The position numbers were made by a program, and so were the translations under genes. From assembly GCA_951406725.2 (NCBI GenBank), contig OX597822.1, positions 83,886,001 through 83,950,000 on the forward strand: DNA of 64,000 nt, given 5' to 3'. Source of the DNA: Octopus vulgaris. Lineage: Eukaryota. This document shows, one piece after another, positions 42,826 through 55,774 of this stretch; position 1 is the first letter of the stretch, and every line of letters starts with the position of its first letter. Below the pieces are notes generated by a model. It did no database searches, was not told the origin of the DNA, and saw only the letters and a list, made by a program, of their open reading frames with translations.

Positions 42826-43109
42826 TGTTTCGTCTGAAAGAACAGTCGGCCTACCGCTTCTTGCTGCGTCTTCCACTGAGCCTGGGTTTTAAATTTAATT
42901 ATCAAATCCCACACAGTGTCACGATGTGGAGCAACAGTATTTGGAAAAGTTTCACTGAACTTCTGTTTCATAGTCTCTGTGTATTTGTTTCCAGCTCGAA
43001 ACACCCATTCAACTAAAAACGTACGTACTTCAAAGGTTCGCATGTCGACACGATGAAGGGCACACAATGACTGAGGGACAATGGCTGACACCCGGCCGCC
43101 CACCCTGTA
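42826..43109 (-). mobile_element. Tc1/mariner-superfamily 5' end (N-terminal HTH fragment)
   Basis: Minus strand starts TA-CAGGGTG; RTFLVEW...QKFSETFPNTVAPHRDTVWDLIIKF. Confidence 0.7.
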
Positions 43110-44670
43110 GTTACATCTGGAAACACCAGAGTTTTCAAAGCCTTTATATATTCACAGTCTATCCAGAATTTGCATAAAGCAATAGCGTTTAGGTTTACGC
43201 AGTATATATATGTTTAATAAAACAATGATTCATAGAATAATAGAGTTTATCTTTAAATACCATGTATCACGAAAAATGTAGGGGCTGTGTTATCCAGCGT
43301 CAGTAGCTTGAGTAATACAACGGAGAGCCGGCAGATTATCAAAGACATTCTTTTCTCATGGCACCTATTACTATGTAATCATATTTTCTAAGCACCCAGC
43401 ATGTGATTTGAGTGAGATTTAGCTATTATTTTAACAGGTCAAACGACTGTATTAAAACTACTTCCTTGGTTGTAGTTTCGTATAATTATATTTTCTGTGA
43501 TAATAGACCTGGGTAGGTCTACAGTGACTTGATTTTATTGTATCTTGGGAAGGTCATTATGTCAATAATAAATACACGCACTGGTTCCATTTCACTTCTT
43601 TACTCGTAATTATTTCATTACTTTTGTTTATTCTTTTAATTTGTTGTTAAATAGTTTTTACAACAGATGTTAATCGTGATTATATTTAAAGTTATACATG
43701 ACAGTATGCAAGTTCATTTCTGTTAATGTATATTTGTTTTACAGCTACATTTGAGCATACGTATTTTTCTAAGACTGAAGCACTTGGCTAATGTTGTTTG
43801 GCTTATTGATTAAGTTCATATATTTATGCTGCAGGATATGTGATGCGTCAGTAGTTATCTAGAAATTTTCGTGTGTAATCTTCATACATTCTTGGATCAT
43901 TGCATTCATAAATTCGGTAATTACATACATCTAAAGATCTAAACACCGAGGTGACGACAACAGTCATGTATATATATACAGACACACACACAAACACACA
44001 CAGGGACACACAGATATATGCATATATACACACACGCACGCATGGACACACACATGTGCATATATATGTACGCATACGTACGCCCACGTATATACATGTG
44101 AGTACGTTTGTGTGTATATATGCATGAATTTATACATGTGTGTGTGCGCGAATATGTGTCTTCTTTTAATGCTTAGTAATTTTCCTAAGAGAACTACTCG
44201 TTCTAACTAAGAAACAAAACTTTATCACTGGAATTAAGATAGCAGCAACTGCAAAAAACCTGTTAGATGATTAACTTTTAAAAAAACCATTCGTATTTTC
44301 ACCTCCAGATTAAATTTGCAGATTATGTCTTTGATGTATTATTTCTTTGCCTGAAAAGTCTAAGTTTCCGAGATTACTACTCTAACACTTTGTAATCTAA
44401 TCAAATAAGCCAAATATATTGGGGTACAAATGTTAATTTATTTTCTAAGTTGAGAAGTTGTAGGTTTCGAAGCATTTAATGAATGCTCTGTCTCATTGAA
44501 ACATCCATGTATGCATCCGTCCATACGTACACATATATATATGTGCTTGAAAACGTTAAGAACTGAAAGCGCTTATACATGTATAAAAGTAAAGCCTACA
44601 CGCCTACACGGATTTTGTGAAATCTCTTCCCAAAGGTTAGTGTCTTTCGACTTTCTAAAACGTCTTCTCT

Positions 44671-44720
<50 letters not shown>

Positions 44721-44727
<7 letters not shown>

Positions 44728-45072
44728 TAAATTAGAGACAAAACCACTATTAGGCAAATCAAACAATGAGTTCATTGTTTAAAACTCGCCAAGAAAAATT
44801 TTGAAACCACCTGATGAATGACTGCGACTCAAAAATTTAAAGACAGCAGGCAGGAAACGATCGTAGTGGATATTAATTATATTTTTTAATAATTGTTACA
44901 TATTTAAATAATATAAATTAATCATATGTATTGGCTTAAGTCTTTCATTATTTGATTTGCCTAATAGTGGTTTTGTCTCTAATTTAATATAATATAATAT
45001 TTTACTATAAATTGGATTCAATCCTAAATCTGATTTTTCCCTGTGAATTTGGATTTATTCCCTAATATTTAT

Positions 45073-45078
<6 letters not shown>
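44721..45078 (+). mobile_element. Hammerhead-bearing element in (TA)n with an inverted upstream copy
   Basis: 44721-44769 is the reverse complement of about 44946-44993; (TA)n on both sides. Confidence 0.8.
44807..44869 (+). ncRNA. Type I hammerhead ribozyme motif
   Basis: ccac CTGATGA a tg-a-ctgc...gcag-g-ca g GAAA C-gatc-G TA gtgg. Confidence 0.82.
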
Positions 45079-45124
<46 letters not shown>

Positions 45125-45126
<2 letters not shown>

Positions 45127-45351
45127 GAGTAAACACATAAATGTGAAACAAGGAGGAAAAAAGAGTGCTCAAATACCAGGGGTAAGGTAATATGCTTTAT
45201 TTAAAAGCAGCATAAATTCAACAAAACCTGTTACTCTGAGTTTCACGTTTCCGTTCGTCGGACAGTTTTTGTTTTAACAAAAACTGTCCGACGAACGTGA
45301 AACTCAGAGTAACCGGTTTTGTTGAATTTCTGCTACTTTTAAATAAAGCAT
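45125..45351. mobile_element. Fold-back element in (TA)n made of two head-to-head hammerhead-like copies
   Basis: Hairpin 45192-45351 centred near 45274. Confidence 0.75.
45228..45265 (-). ncRNA. Minimal hammerhead variant (core CCGACGA)
   Basis: Reverse complement: ctgt CCGACGA acg-gaaa-cgt GAAA ctc-a-gag TA acag. Confidence 0.65.
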
Positions 45352-45352
45352 G

Positions 45353-45412
<60 letters not shown>

Positions 45413-45415
<3 letters not shown>

Positions 45416-45790
45416 AGGCGCAATGGCCCAGTGGTTAAGGCAGCGGACTCGCGGTCGTAGGATCGCGGTTTCGATTCCCAGACCGGGCATTGTGAGTGTT
45501 TATTGAGCGAAAACACCTAAAGTTCCACGATTCTCCGGCAGGAGGGGGGGGTCGAACCCTACTGTACTCTTTCACCACAACTTTCTCTCACTCTTCCTGT
45601 TTCTGTTGTACCTGTATTTCAAAGGGCCAGCCTTGTCACACTCTGTGTGACACTGAATCTCCCCGAGAACTACGTTAAGGGTACACGTGTCTGTAGAGTG
45701 CTCAGCCACTCGCACGTTAATAAATGAGCTGCGACGTCACTGGTACCAAGCTGTATTGGCCTTTGCCTTTCTCTTGGATAACATCAGTGG
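45413..45790 (+). mobile_element. SINE family C (tRNA-Arg-like head)
   Basis: ggaggcgcaatggcccagtggttaaggcagcggacTCGcgg...gtttcgattccc. Confidence 0.85.
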
Positions 45791-47645
45791 GTTTTTTCAA
45801 ACATGTGACCAAAACATGAAAAACTTTGAAAACTCACTGCATAGATGTACCGTGGTCATTAACTATTGATGGTTAACCAGAGCTAGAAGCAAATAATTTT
45901 GACAAAGAAATACATTACTGGATGCTATTCATTTACTAATAAAATCAACATTCAACAATCTTAAAAATTCTATGACCATTAATTGCTTTCAGACGGTTGC
46001 TTTTGCAGCTGTAGATGCGCTCCTGGTAAGGAAGGTAACATTATGCTAACCCCCTGTTTCTATGATGGAAGAAGAGAATGGGACTAAAGATCATAGGCAA
46101 AGATCTTAAACAGTAACAAAGAATTGATTGTCTATTTCCTGAATGAGGATGCAAGATCAACAAATTACTCGTTCAATCATAGCAATGACGGTGAATCTGT
46201 AGAGTTACCTCTCTCAACGGCAGAGGTTAGATTCACCGTGTTTGAGGTTACTTGGAAAAGTATCACCGTGAATATTTGGCTAACTTTTATGTCATTGAAT
46301 ACGTGTGAATCGGTAGCAGCTTGAGATCATAGAGTCAAAGATAACAGAATTTCTCAACTGAATACCATAATTATATTTACAATGTTATATTTGTACAAAC
46401 CAGAAATCTTTTGCTTATTGTGTCTTGCAAAAGAGAGATTAAACCACGGACGCTTGAACTACAACATTATGTGTCTCAAGAAAAACGTAAGAGATAATTT
46501 ATTAGTTTCTTCTCAAGCAAATTCTTGTGTACCGATTAAATATACTGTTGGAACGTAAACATCGATCTGTAATTACTATCCAATACATTGAATAAATGCA
46601 ATTGTATTAATGCCTTCTTCGGTGTTTTTTTAAATATAAATAACAGAATATTCACTGGAACAAAAGAAAACCGTTTTATTTCTTTATTTTTTACTGCACA
46701 ACTCATATGTATGTAATAGAGGCACAATACCACACTGCTCACAGTATATTGAAATTTCATAATTCATCGTTCACTATGCATTTTTCTTGTGTATTTCGTT
46801 TAATTGCATAAATGTTTTGATTACCGAGGATATTCAATTAAGCGGACTGAATATGTATGTATTTCTTGAGTCAACCTGAAAGCGATGTCCCGATTCATTT
46901 CAGCGATGCAAGTAAATTTAACAAGTCTCAAACGAAATTCAAACCGTATAGACGTCGGCTTCTTACTTTATGCAATCGAAACCGGACACGAGTAGCGGTT
47001 CTATGGATTCTTTTAATGCGAAAACATGATTAGTTTTCACCTTGACATAATTACATTGATATTCACGAAAATCTTAAATTTATTTTAGTAGAGCGTAATG
47101 GTGGCTGGTGGTGGAATGTTTAAGTGTCTACTGTTCAGTTTAACACCATCACCACCAATACCACAACGCCGACGTCCACCACCACCACAACCACAACGAC
47201 CATCGGAACTTTGGTTGCATTTTCGTGTTCAAACTGATTCAAGTACTCGAATCAGATATCTGGTTAATGGATAACCAGTGCTATTATTATCTCATATCTG
47301 ATTAGCTTGTTATAACGTAACATGCTTCACGATTTTAGTATACATACCTAATTAGTATTTCCACCTAGCTTCTATATACTCTGAGAACGCATTAAAGCCC
47401 TTTTGGGGGCTACTTTATGTGAATTCTTACTATCGGATAACTAATTTCATGTTATTACATAACTGACTTCACAATTTGAGTATTCATAACTTATTAGGAA
47501 TTCCTAAAAACAAGATCTTGTGTAAGACAGTTCACTGTTCTCTGTAAATTCACAAAAACCGTTTAAAGGGCTACATACTTTGTATTGATGTTACTGGATT
47601 AGCGAAACAATTATGAGAACCTAACCAAGGGATAAGCTCTGCTTC

Positions 47646-47673
47646 CTCGGAAATTACCGGGTACGTCAGCTAG
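47646..47673 (+). mobile_element. Probable Helitron 3' terminus (5' end not located)
   Basis: Hairpin ctcgg-aaatta-ccggg, then CTAG followed by T. Confidence 0.4.
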
Positions 47674-47744
47674 TATATACATCTATACATATATATATGT
47701 GTGTGTTTATGCGTGTGTGTGTGTGTGTGTGTGTGTTTATGTAT

Positions 47745-47957
47745 CTGTGTTTCTCCCTCCGCACACACCGCTTGACAACGGGTGGTGGTGTGTTTACGTT
47801 CTCGTAACTTAGCGGTTCGGCAATAGAGACCGAGAAAATAAGCACTACGCTTTAAAATATAAGTATTCTGGTCGATACATTCCCCTAAAAATTCTTCAAG
47901 GCAGTGTCCCAGCATGGCCGTAGGCTAATGATTGAAACAAAAGATGAAAGATAAAAG
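47745..47957 (+). mobile_element. SINE family A, 3' half
   Basis: cgcttgacaacgggtggtggtg...cttagcggttcggcaa...cagcatggccg. Confidence 0.75.
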
Positions 47958-48079
47958 GTGTGTGTGTGTATATACATATATATATATATATGAATATATA
48001 CATACATCACGCATGTGATTAGCAGCTCTCCTAAAATGTCGTCACGGTACTACCTTTCAATGCCAGTCGCAAAAAAGAC

Positions 48080-48403
48080 TGTCCTGCAATAAACCTAGAA
48101 AATACCTCTGTTATGGAATACATTCAAAAACACCAACTCAAAGAATACTGGTGGAACATTCCCATCAAAACGTCTGTGAAATGTAAGCATAACAGGTCGG
48201 ATATTGTTGTTTGGGACAGAAGGGTAAAGGTATGTACCATCATTGGGGTTAACTGTGAGCGGAACAGTAAAAATATGCAATTCTCAAGTTCCAAATGTGA
48301 ATTTGTCTGTGTTAACTACATCCCAAAGATGGAGCCTTGTATCTGTGTTGGAAACCGGATCCCTCCTCCGTGTAAGATTTATAATAATTAAAGAATGAAA
48401 GAG
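48080..48403 (+). mobile_element. RLE LINE endonuclease fragment ending in (ACAT)n
   Basis: KEYWWNIPIKTSVKCKHNRSDIVVWDRRVKVCTII (RPD-like motif), followed by (ACAT)n. Confidence 0.7.
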
Positions 48404-48846
48404 ACATACATACATACATACATACATACATACATACATACATACATACATACATACATACATGTATGCATTCATGTAAATCTTTAAATACATGCCCAAA
48501 GAAGTCGCACGACTCTACCGAAACGTATCATCAGATGAAAGGATGAGCCTATATGAGCAGAGGACCATGCATGGTCTTCTGAAAGCTCCTAGATGATAGT
48601 AACATTGATCATCAAAGCAGTCTATCATGGACAAATTTGATTTACCCCATTTATTTCCGGCACCATTTTGCTGTTGATGCCACCAAAATTAACGAAGTTA
48701 TCATTAAAGGCGCGAGACTGCCATGATTTTTTAAACGATAACTGACGAGGGAAGAGCATTTGTGTGTGGATGTTTCGTGCTTTCCTTTTTCATCCCTCTG
48801 TGCAGTTCCTAAATCTTATTACATACATGCATACATTCATACATGC

Positions 48847-48879
<33 letters not shown>

Positions 48880-49429
48880 TATATACATATATATATATAC
48901 ATATATATATATACACGCACATGTATATATATATATGTATGTGTTAGTGTGTGGGTGTGCGTGTGCATGTGTGAGAGAACATAATTAGAGAGACATGAAC
49001 ATGTCCAAGCAAATGGGTAACAACCATAAACATAAAGACACACACACATGCACGCACACACACACACACACACACATACACACACACACATAAACGAGGT
49101 TCGTGTGTGTGCGCGTGTTTTACTCTTATTACATTAATAACGCTTATCAAACTCTAGTTACATTAACCAATATTCCAAATGTTTGGTTTATGGTTAATTT
49201 AATAAAGCCTCGTGCTTATTTGTAATCATGTTTCCTCGCAAGTAATACATAGTTTTAAGCATTTCTTTACTTGCCTTCTTCTCATTGTTTTCTCTTTAAT
49301 TGGTTGTTCGGTAATTATTATTCTATTATATAAATGCTGATATATTGGCGAACTACACTGCGATCTCAAAAATCACTCAATCCACCTACCCATCTATTAA
49401 TCAATTAATCTATCTATCTATCCATCCAG

Positions 49430-49485
<56 letters not shown>

Positions 49486-49610
49486 TATCTATCTATCTAT
49501 TATCTATCTATCTATTTGCCTGTTGTCTGTCTATCTATCTGCCTATGTATTTATGTATTTACGTATGTAAGTATGTATATATTATGTATGTATGTATGCA
49601 TGCGTGCACG

Positions 49611-50000
49611 TACGCGGTTTGATCAATAAGAATCCGGACTGTTGCCATAGTAACGAAGCTAAAGTACGCAGAGTGAAGCTGCTTAACACAAATTGACTTT
49701 GACCTCTGCTGTGCATATGCACTAAGTTTTAAGGTTCTAGCTCCCTTCCGCTCCTTACAACAGTGCTTCCAAATGACGTGTGTAATGTGTGATCGTAGCA
49801 TTGATCATGACAGAGGAAGTTGTTATGGCGGTACGTGCTCAGAGGCCTAGGCAAAGTTGCAGAAAGTGTATGGAGAGGAGTGTATGAGCCCCACACAAGC
49901 GTACGAGTGGTTTAGACGTTTCCAAGATCACCGAAAAAATTTCGATAGCGACGAACTTTCTGGAAGACCTGCAGCCAGCAGAGCTGAGAAAAACATCGCT
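49611..50000 (+). mobile_element. Mariner 5' end remnant
   Basis: TIR-like tacgcggtttgatcaataag; LQKVYGEECMSPTQAYEWFRRF...SGRP. Confidence 0.75.
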
Positions 50001-50839
50001 GGGTTACTCATGTACATCTGAATAGACTGGAGCAATGTGAAATGAAGCATTTTTCTCAATAACGCTACGCACTGAGAATCGAAACTACGCTCTTACAATC
50101 GTCTGTGCAATCGCGTAATATCTAGAAGCCCTTGTTTCTTAGCTCGTCTGTGTGAATTCGCCGTCTTAGAAGGATTTCTTTTCATAGAAAAATTGAAATT
50201 AAAACAAATAAAAGAAGTTATAGTGACACATTGTATATTTTACTTCATGGTGAATTGTTCCTTAAGCATTTTCTAATTTTACAAATCAAATTCCTTCAGT
50301 TTTGCTCGTTAATTTTTGAGTTTTATCTCCTTAGGTTATTCGCAAATAGAACGTTGCCTTCTAAGGAAAAATTATGGTAGGTCATACTATGAAAAAATTT
50401 TAATCATGAAATATTATGTTTCCTTTGATGAGGTGTCATCTTGTTTTTGTACGAAATGATACTGATGCGAATAAAAGAGATTTTATGTTTTTATTTTGAG
50501 AACAGTGCGCGTCATCTTACAATAGCTTGATAAATAAGTTTCATTTGGCAACTAGACTTATTGTTTCTGTATAGAACAGATTCGAGATAACTTACAAATC
50601 TAACAAGGAATTATTTCCAACAATTCAATTATTTCAGTTTCTTGAATATCGGGAGATTATGTAAAGAACGAGCAATTGTCTCGTCAAAATTTTAACTATG
50701 TCGATTTCCATTTTAATAATTTTTTTTGATATTCCAGAAATGAAAAAAAAATATAAGCAGGAATGTTATAGTGAGCGAAAGACGATAATTACTTTAGAGT
50801 CTTAGTAAAATGTCATATATGAAAATATATTCCGCCTAG

Positions 50840-51680
50840 CTGTACACTAAGTCTTTTTTTCCTTCAAAGTTTGGTTCAAACGCTCTAATTGCTGACAGTA
50901 GACTTGAGCATTGATTGTTGCATTAGGTGGTAACAATTCAAAGTGAATTACTCCTTTGCAATCCCAACAGATAGAAGAACATTTTTTCCATGAAGTTCCC
51001 TTCTCGGTTGTGGTTGAGCTTTTTCCCTTTTACCAAGCCTCTGTTTACGACGTTTAACATTTCGATAGAAGATCCATTTTTCGTCACCAGTCACAAGTCT
51101 ATCCAAAAAGGGTGAAATGAGTACGCGAGAATGGATAGAAGAGCAGATGTACAATCGGGATTTGCGCTTGCTTTCGGGTAATTCATGACGCACCCATTTT
51201 TAGTTTAGGAACCTTTCCAAGTTGTTGAAGATGACGATAAACAGTTGTATGGCTTGAACTAAGCTTTATTGCCAATTCTTCAACTGATAATGCAGGAGTT
51301 TCTTCAAGTATTATCATCAAACTCAACTGGACGTCCTGTTCGATCTTCATCTTCAAAGCTGAAATCTCCACTTCTGAATTTTGCAAACCATCTTTTGCAA
51401 GTACTTTCATTTAAGAATTCTTTCCTATCGCTTCGGCTGCCGAGTTTCCTTTTTTTACTCATAAAGCATTATGTGCCTCAAATGCTCTTTGGACACTTCC
51501 ATGTTAGAAAGGGTTTTAATCAAAGGAGTTTTAATTCTATTATTCTGTAAAATATCATTTAATTATTTTAAATATACACAAAAAATAATTTTTAATTCCA
51601 TTAGACATTCTAAGGTACTATTAAATTTCATTCAATTTTAACAAAGGTAAAATCGGACAGAACTTATGGGATGAACAGAT
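50840..51680 (-). mobile_element. Mariner remnant (5' half)
   Basis: ELAIKLSSSHTTVYRHLQQLG; FLDRLVTGDEKWIFY; TIR-like end near 51655-51680. Confidence 0.88.
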
Positions 51681-52259
51681 ATTTGGTTGGTGCATAATTA
51701 TTGCGGCTTTTTTTCAACACATTTTATTCAACAAAAACATTAAGAATAAGCTCACGTCGAGCTTACGATCGTGAGGTTGTGAGCTCGAATCCCGGACCGG
51801 GCTGCGTGTTGTGTTCTTGAGCAAAGTACTTTATTTCACGTTGCTCCAGTTCACTCAGCTATAGAAATGAGCTGCGACGTCACTGGTGCCAAGCTGTATC
51901 GACCTTTGTCTTTCCCTTGGATAACACTGGTGGCGTGGAGAGGGGAGGCTGGTATGCATGGGCGACTGCTGGTCTTCCATAAACAACCTTGCCGGACTTG
52001 TGTCTAGGAGGGTAACTTTCTAGGTGCAATCCCATGGTTATTCATGACCGAAGGGGGTCTTTACTTTTACTTTTACATTAAGAATATTTAACAAAAACAT
52101 CTTTAAATGATGGTTTGACAGTCTGCCAAGCCAATGGGAAGCAGTAATTGAAGTAGATGGTGAAAATGCTTCGGAATAATCATTTATATACGTTTTTGTT
52201 GTATGTTATTGTTTTTGTTGAAGAAAAGCTGCAGTAATTAATTATGCACCAACCCAATA
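51680..52259. mobile_element. Mariner-type MITE (same family as 26741), interrupted by a SINE
   Basis: TIRs ttggttggtgcataatta / taattatgcaccaacccaa; TA ends. Confidence 0.85.
51749..52074 (+). mobile_element. tRNA-derived SINE with a (TTTAC)-type tail and 12-bp TSD
   Basis: TSD acattaagaata at 51737 and 52075; gttgtgttcttgagcaa central motif. Confidence 0.88.
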
Positions 52260-52980
52260 CACTAAGGGCCAGCGTGTGTGTGGGGTGCTCAGCCACATGC
52301 TCGTCAATTTCACGAGCAGGATGTTCTGTTCGATCAACTGGAACGTTCATTGTTGTAACCGATCGAGTGCTAGTTAAACCGCTTCAGCGTCACCCATAAA
52401 GAATTTTATACGAGATGTATACTGTTTTACGACAATACGGTGTTAGGGGCGATTTGTCTGTTGTTTCTAGCCCTTCATGGGATCATGCGCAATGACCCCT
52501 GGTGATATTATTTGAAACACCATTAAATATTACCTCGCCATAGGAAGAAAGAAAAGGAGACATACGTAGAAATTCATTGAAATGTCTTTAAATTGGCTTC
52601 AGTTTAATGAAAATAATTGAGATGCCATTAGTGTCGCTTTTCTCCATGGAGATAATATATATGTGTGTGTATGTGTGTGTGCGCCAATGTGTATGAATAT
52701 ATGTAACTATATGTGTGTGTGAATCTATGTGAGTGTAGATGTTTGTATTTGCGAGTGTCATCTGATAAGAGCTAGCACGTCATAGAGAGTACTGGAGGAA
52801 GAGGAATGAGAAAGAGAGAGATGAGGAGAAATGGAGTGAAATCGCTTCCGTATGAATTTCATTGTGTGTATGAGCTTATATGTATAAATATATAACATAT
52901 ATATATATATATATACGTCCAGAGACACGTATACATCTCCTAATATGATAATGAGCGAAGTGGTTTTATATATTTAGTTG

Positions 52981-53034
<54 letters not shown>

Positions 53035-53122
53035 GAGATAGATAGATATAGAAATAGATATAGATATAGATATGTATATATATGCCTGTGTGTGTGTATA
53101 TATATATATATAAATGTGTGTG

Positions 53123-53161
<39 letters not shown>

Positions 53162-53295
53162 TTGGAGAGTAAGTCTGCTGAGAATACTCGGATTATATAG
53201 ACACGCATATATGCATATATATATATACACATATATGCATAATAATGTAAATATGCATGTATATGAGTAATCCCTTACTATTTACACGCACACAC

Positions 53296-53362
<67 letters not shown>

Positions 53363-53458
53363 TAAGGGCTCCTAAATTAAGATGCCGAGTGCTGGGAACA
53401 CAAAAAGGGGATGAATTTATCGAGAGTGAAAATCAAAAACGTTTACCGATAACTTTAA

Positions 53459-53536
53459 CAACTCGAACCGCGGTTTCTGCTTCTTTCTAGCAAAACACAG
53501 AATATGTTTGCTAAGGCTAGCTTCGTCAGCGAGTCG
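53459..53536 (-). ncRNA. Type I hammerhead ribozyme motif (inverted unit)
   Basis: Reverse complement of 53974-54051. Confidence 0.8.
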
Positions 53537-53973
53537 CCTAAATTGAATCGAGGTCTGCAGCGATGTGGGACCATGTGTTGGTCCCGACTACTAGCAGATC
53601 TTAACTTTTCAAATCTCTGCGCAGACGCAAAACTTACACGGCAGTATAGGGCATGCCGGGAAGAATTTTACGAATAAATCCATCATGTAATATGCGAATA
53701 TAAACAAGAAGGGTAGAAATATTATTTACTACCAGGTGCCCGGCACAAAAGTCGAATTAGTCATAAGACAAAAATATTATTCATATAGAAAAATATTATT
53801 CATGTAGTTATACAATTAAGGGCTCCTAAATTAAGATGCCGAGTGCTGGGAACACATGCCCTATACTGCCGTGTAAGTTTTGCGTCTGCGCAGAGATTTG
53901 AAAAGTTAAGATCCGCTAGTAGTCGGGACCAACACATGGTCCCACATCGCTGCAGACCTCGATTCAATTTAGG

Positions 53974-54051
53974 CGACTCGCTGACGAAGCTAGCCTTAGC
54001 AAACATATTCTGTGTTTTGCTAGAAAGAAGCAGAAACCGCGGTTCGAGTTG
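53974..54051 (+). ncRNA. Type I hammerhead ribozyme motif
   Basis: cgactcg CTGACGA a gct...tagcaaa..tttgcta...agc a GAAA C-cgcg-G TT cgagttg. 7-bp stem I; predicted cut after 54044. Confidence 0.85.
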
Positions 54052-54427
54052 TTAAAGTTATCGGTAAACGTTTTTGATTTTCACTCTCGATAAATTCATC
54101 CCCTTTTTGTGTTCCCAGCACTCGGCATCTTAATTTAGGAGCCCTTAATTGTATAACTACATGAATAATATTTTTCTATATGAATAATATTTTTGTCTTA
54201 TGACTAATTCGTCTTTTGTGCTGGGCACCTGGTAGCAAATAATATTTCTACCCTTCTTGTTTATATTCGCATATTACATCATGGATTTATTCGTAAAATT
54301 CTTCCCGGCATGCCCTATACTGCCGTGTAAGTTTTGCGTCTGCGCAGAGATTTGAAAAGTTAAGATCTGCTAGTAGTCGGGACCAACACATGGTCCCACA
54401 TCGCTGCAGACCTCGATTCAATTTAGG

Positions 54428-54505
54428 CGACTCGCTGACGAAGCTAGCCTTAGCAAACATATTCTGTGTTTTGCTAGAAAGAAGCAGAAACCGCGGTTCG
54501 AGTTG
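54428..54505 (+). ncRNA. Type I hammerhead ribozyme motif
   Basis: Same sequence as 53974-54051; predicted cut after 54498. Confidence 0.85.
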
Positions 54506-54880
54506 TTAAAGTTATCGGTAAACGTTTTTGATTTTCACTCTCGATAAATTCATCCCCTTTTGTGTTCCCAGCACTCGGCATCTTAATTTAGGAGCCCTTA
54601 ATTGTATAACTACATGAATAATATTTTTCTATATGAATAATATTTTTGTCTTATGACTAATTCGTCTTTTGTGCTGGGCACCTGGTAGTAAATAATATTT
54701 CTACCCTTCTTGTTTATATTCGCATATTACATGATGGATTTATTCGTAAAATTCTTCCCGGCATGCCCTATACTGCCGTGTAAGTTTTGCGTCTGCGCAG
54801 AGATTTGAAAAGTTAAGATCTGCTAGTAGTCGGGACCAACACATGGTCCCACATCGCTGCAGACCTCGATTCGATTTAGG

Positions 54881-54958
54881 CGACTCGCTGACGAAGCTAG
54901 CCTTAGCAAACATATTCTGTGTTTTGCTAGAAAGAAGCAGAAACCGCGGTTCGAGTTG
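54881..54958 (+). ncRNA. Type I hammerhead ribozyme motif
   Basis: Same sequence as 53974-54051; predicted cut after 54951. Confidence 0.85.
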
Positions 54959-55175
54959 TTAAAGTTATCGGTAAACGTTTTTGATTTTCACTCTCGATAA
55001 ATTCATCCCCTTTTTGTGTTCCCAGCACTCGGCATCTTAATTTAGGAGCCCTTAATTGTATAACTACATGAATAATATTTTTCTATATGAATAATATTTT
55101 TGTCTTATGACTAATTCGTCTTTTGTGCTGGGCACCTGGTAGTAAATAATATTTCTACCCTTCTTGTTTATATTC

Positions 55176-55206
<31 letters not shown>

Positions 55207-55506
55207 CAAGATAAGAAAATGGAGAAATACATCTAAATCAAATATCAATTACCAGATAATACTCAATCACATACTTTATTAAACCACCACATAAGAGAAT
55301 GTAGGGTTAGACATAAAAAAGCAGAACAAATCAGTGTACATAAATGAATGTACATAAAAAAGTGTAGATAAAAGAGTAATGTTGTATAATAAGTAGAATA
55401 TATATAAAAAAAGAGAATATACATATAAGTAAATATAAATATAAGTATCGATTACATCTTACATCTTACCCCATGGAGGGTTGCATTTACGACCCCTATC
55501 TCAATT

Positions 55507-55549
<43 letters not shown>

Positions 55550-55774
55550 GTGTGTGTGTATTCAGATATGTATATGCACACACATATTTATGTGTGTGTG
55601 TGTGTGTGTGTGTGTTTCTGCTGTTGACTGTCATAACTGTAATTGATAACAGCACTGATTATAGAATCTTAATAAATAAATGTCGAAACAAGAAATTGAT
55701 CAAAATGATAAAATCAACGAAAACTGCGGCAGTTATTATTATTACTATTATTATTATTATTATTATTATTATTA

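Larger units (their letters stand above)
53355..55176 (+). mobile_element. Retrozyme-like array: about 1.1 inverted + about 2.9 direct copies of a 453-454 bp unit, each with a hammerhead, inside (TA)n
   Basis: atgccctatactgcc recurs at 53856, 54310 and 54763; 53355-53855 is the reverse complement; (TA)n on both flanks; no credible ORF. Confidence 0.92.

Noticed and set aside
45413-45487. tRNA-Arg(TCG) gene (also at 36750)
   Set aside because: No proper acceptor stem; continues into a SINE body
53355-55176. CRISPR-like array or protein-coding repeat
   Set aside because: Units are fully repeated with no variable spacers, there are no cas genes, the context is eukaryotic, and the 68-70 aa ORFs have no recognisable features
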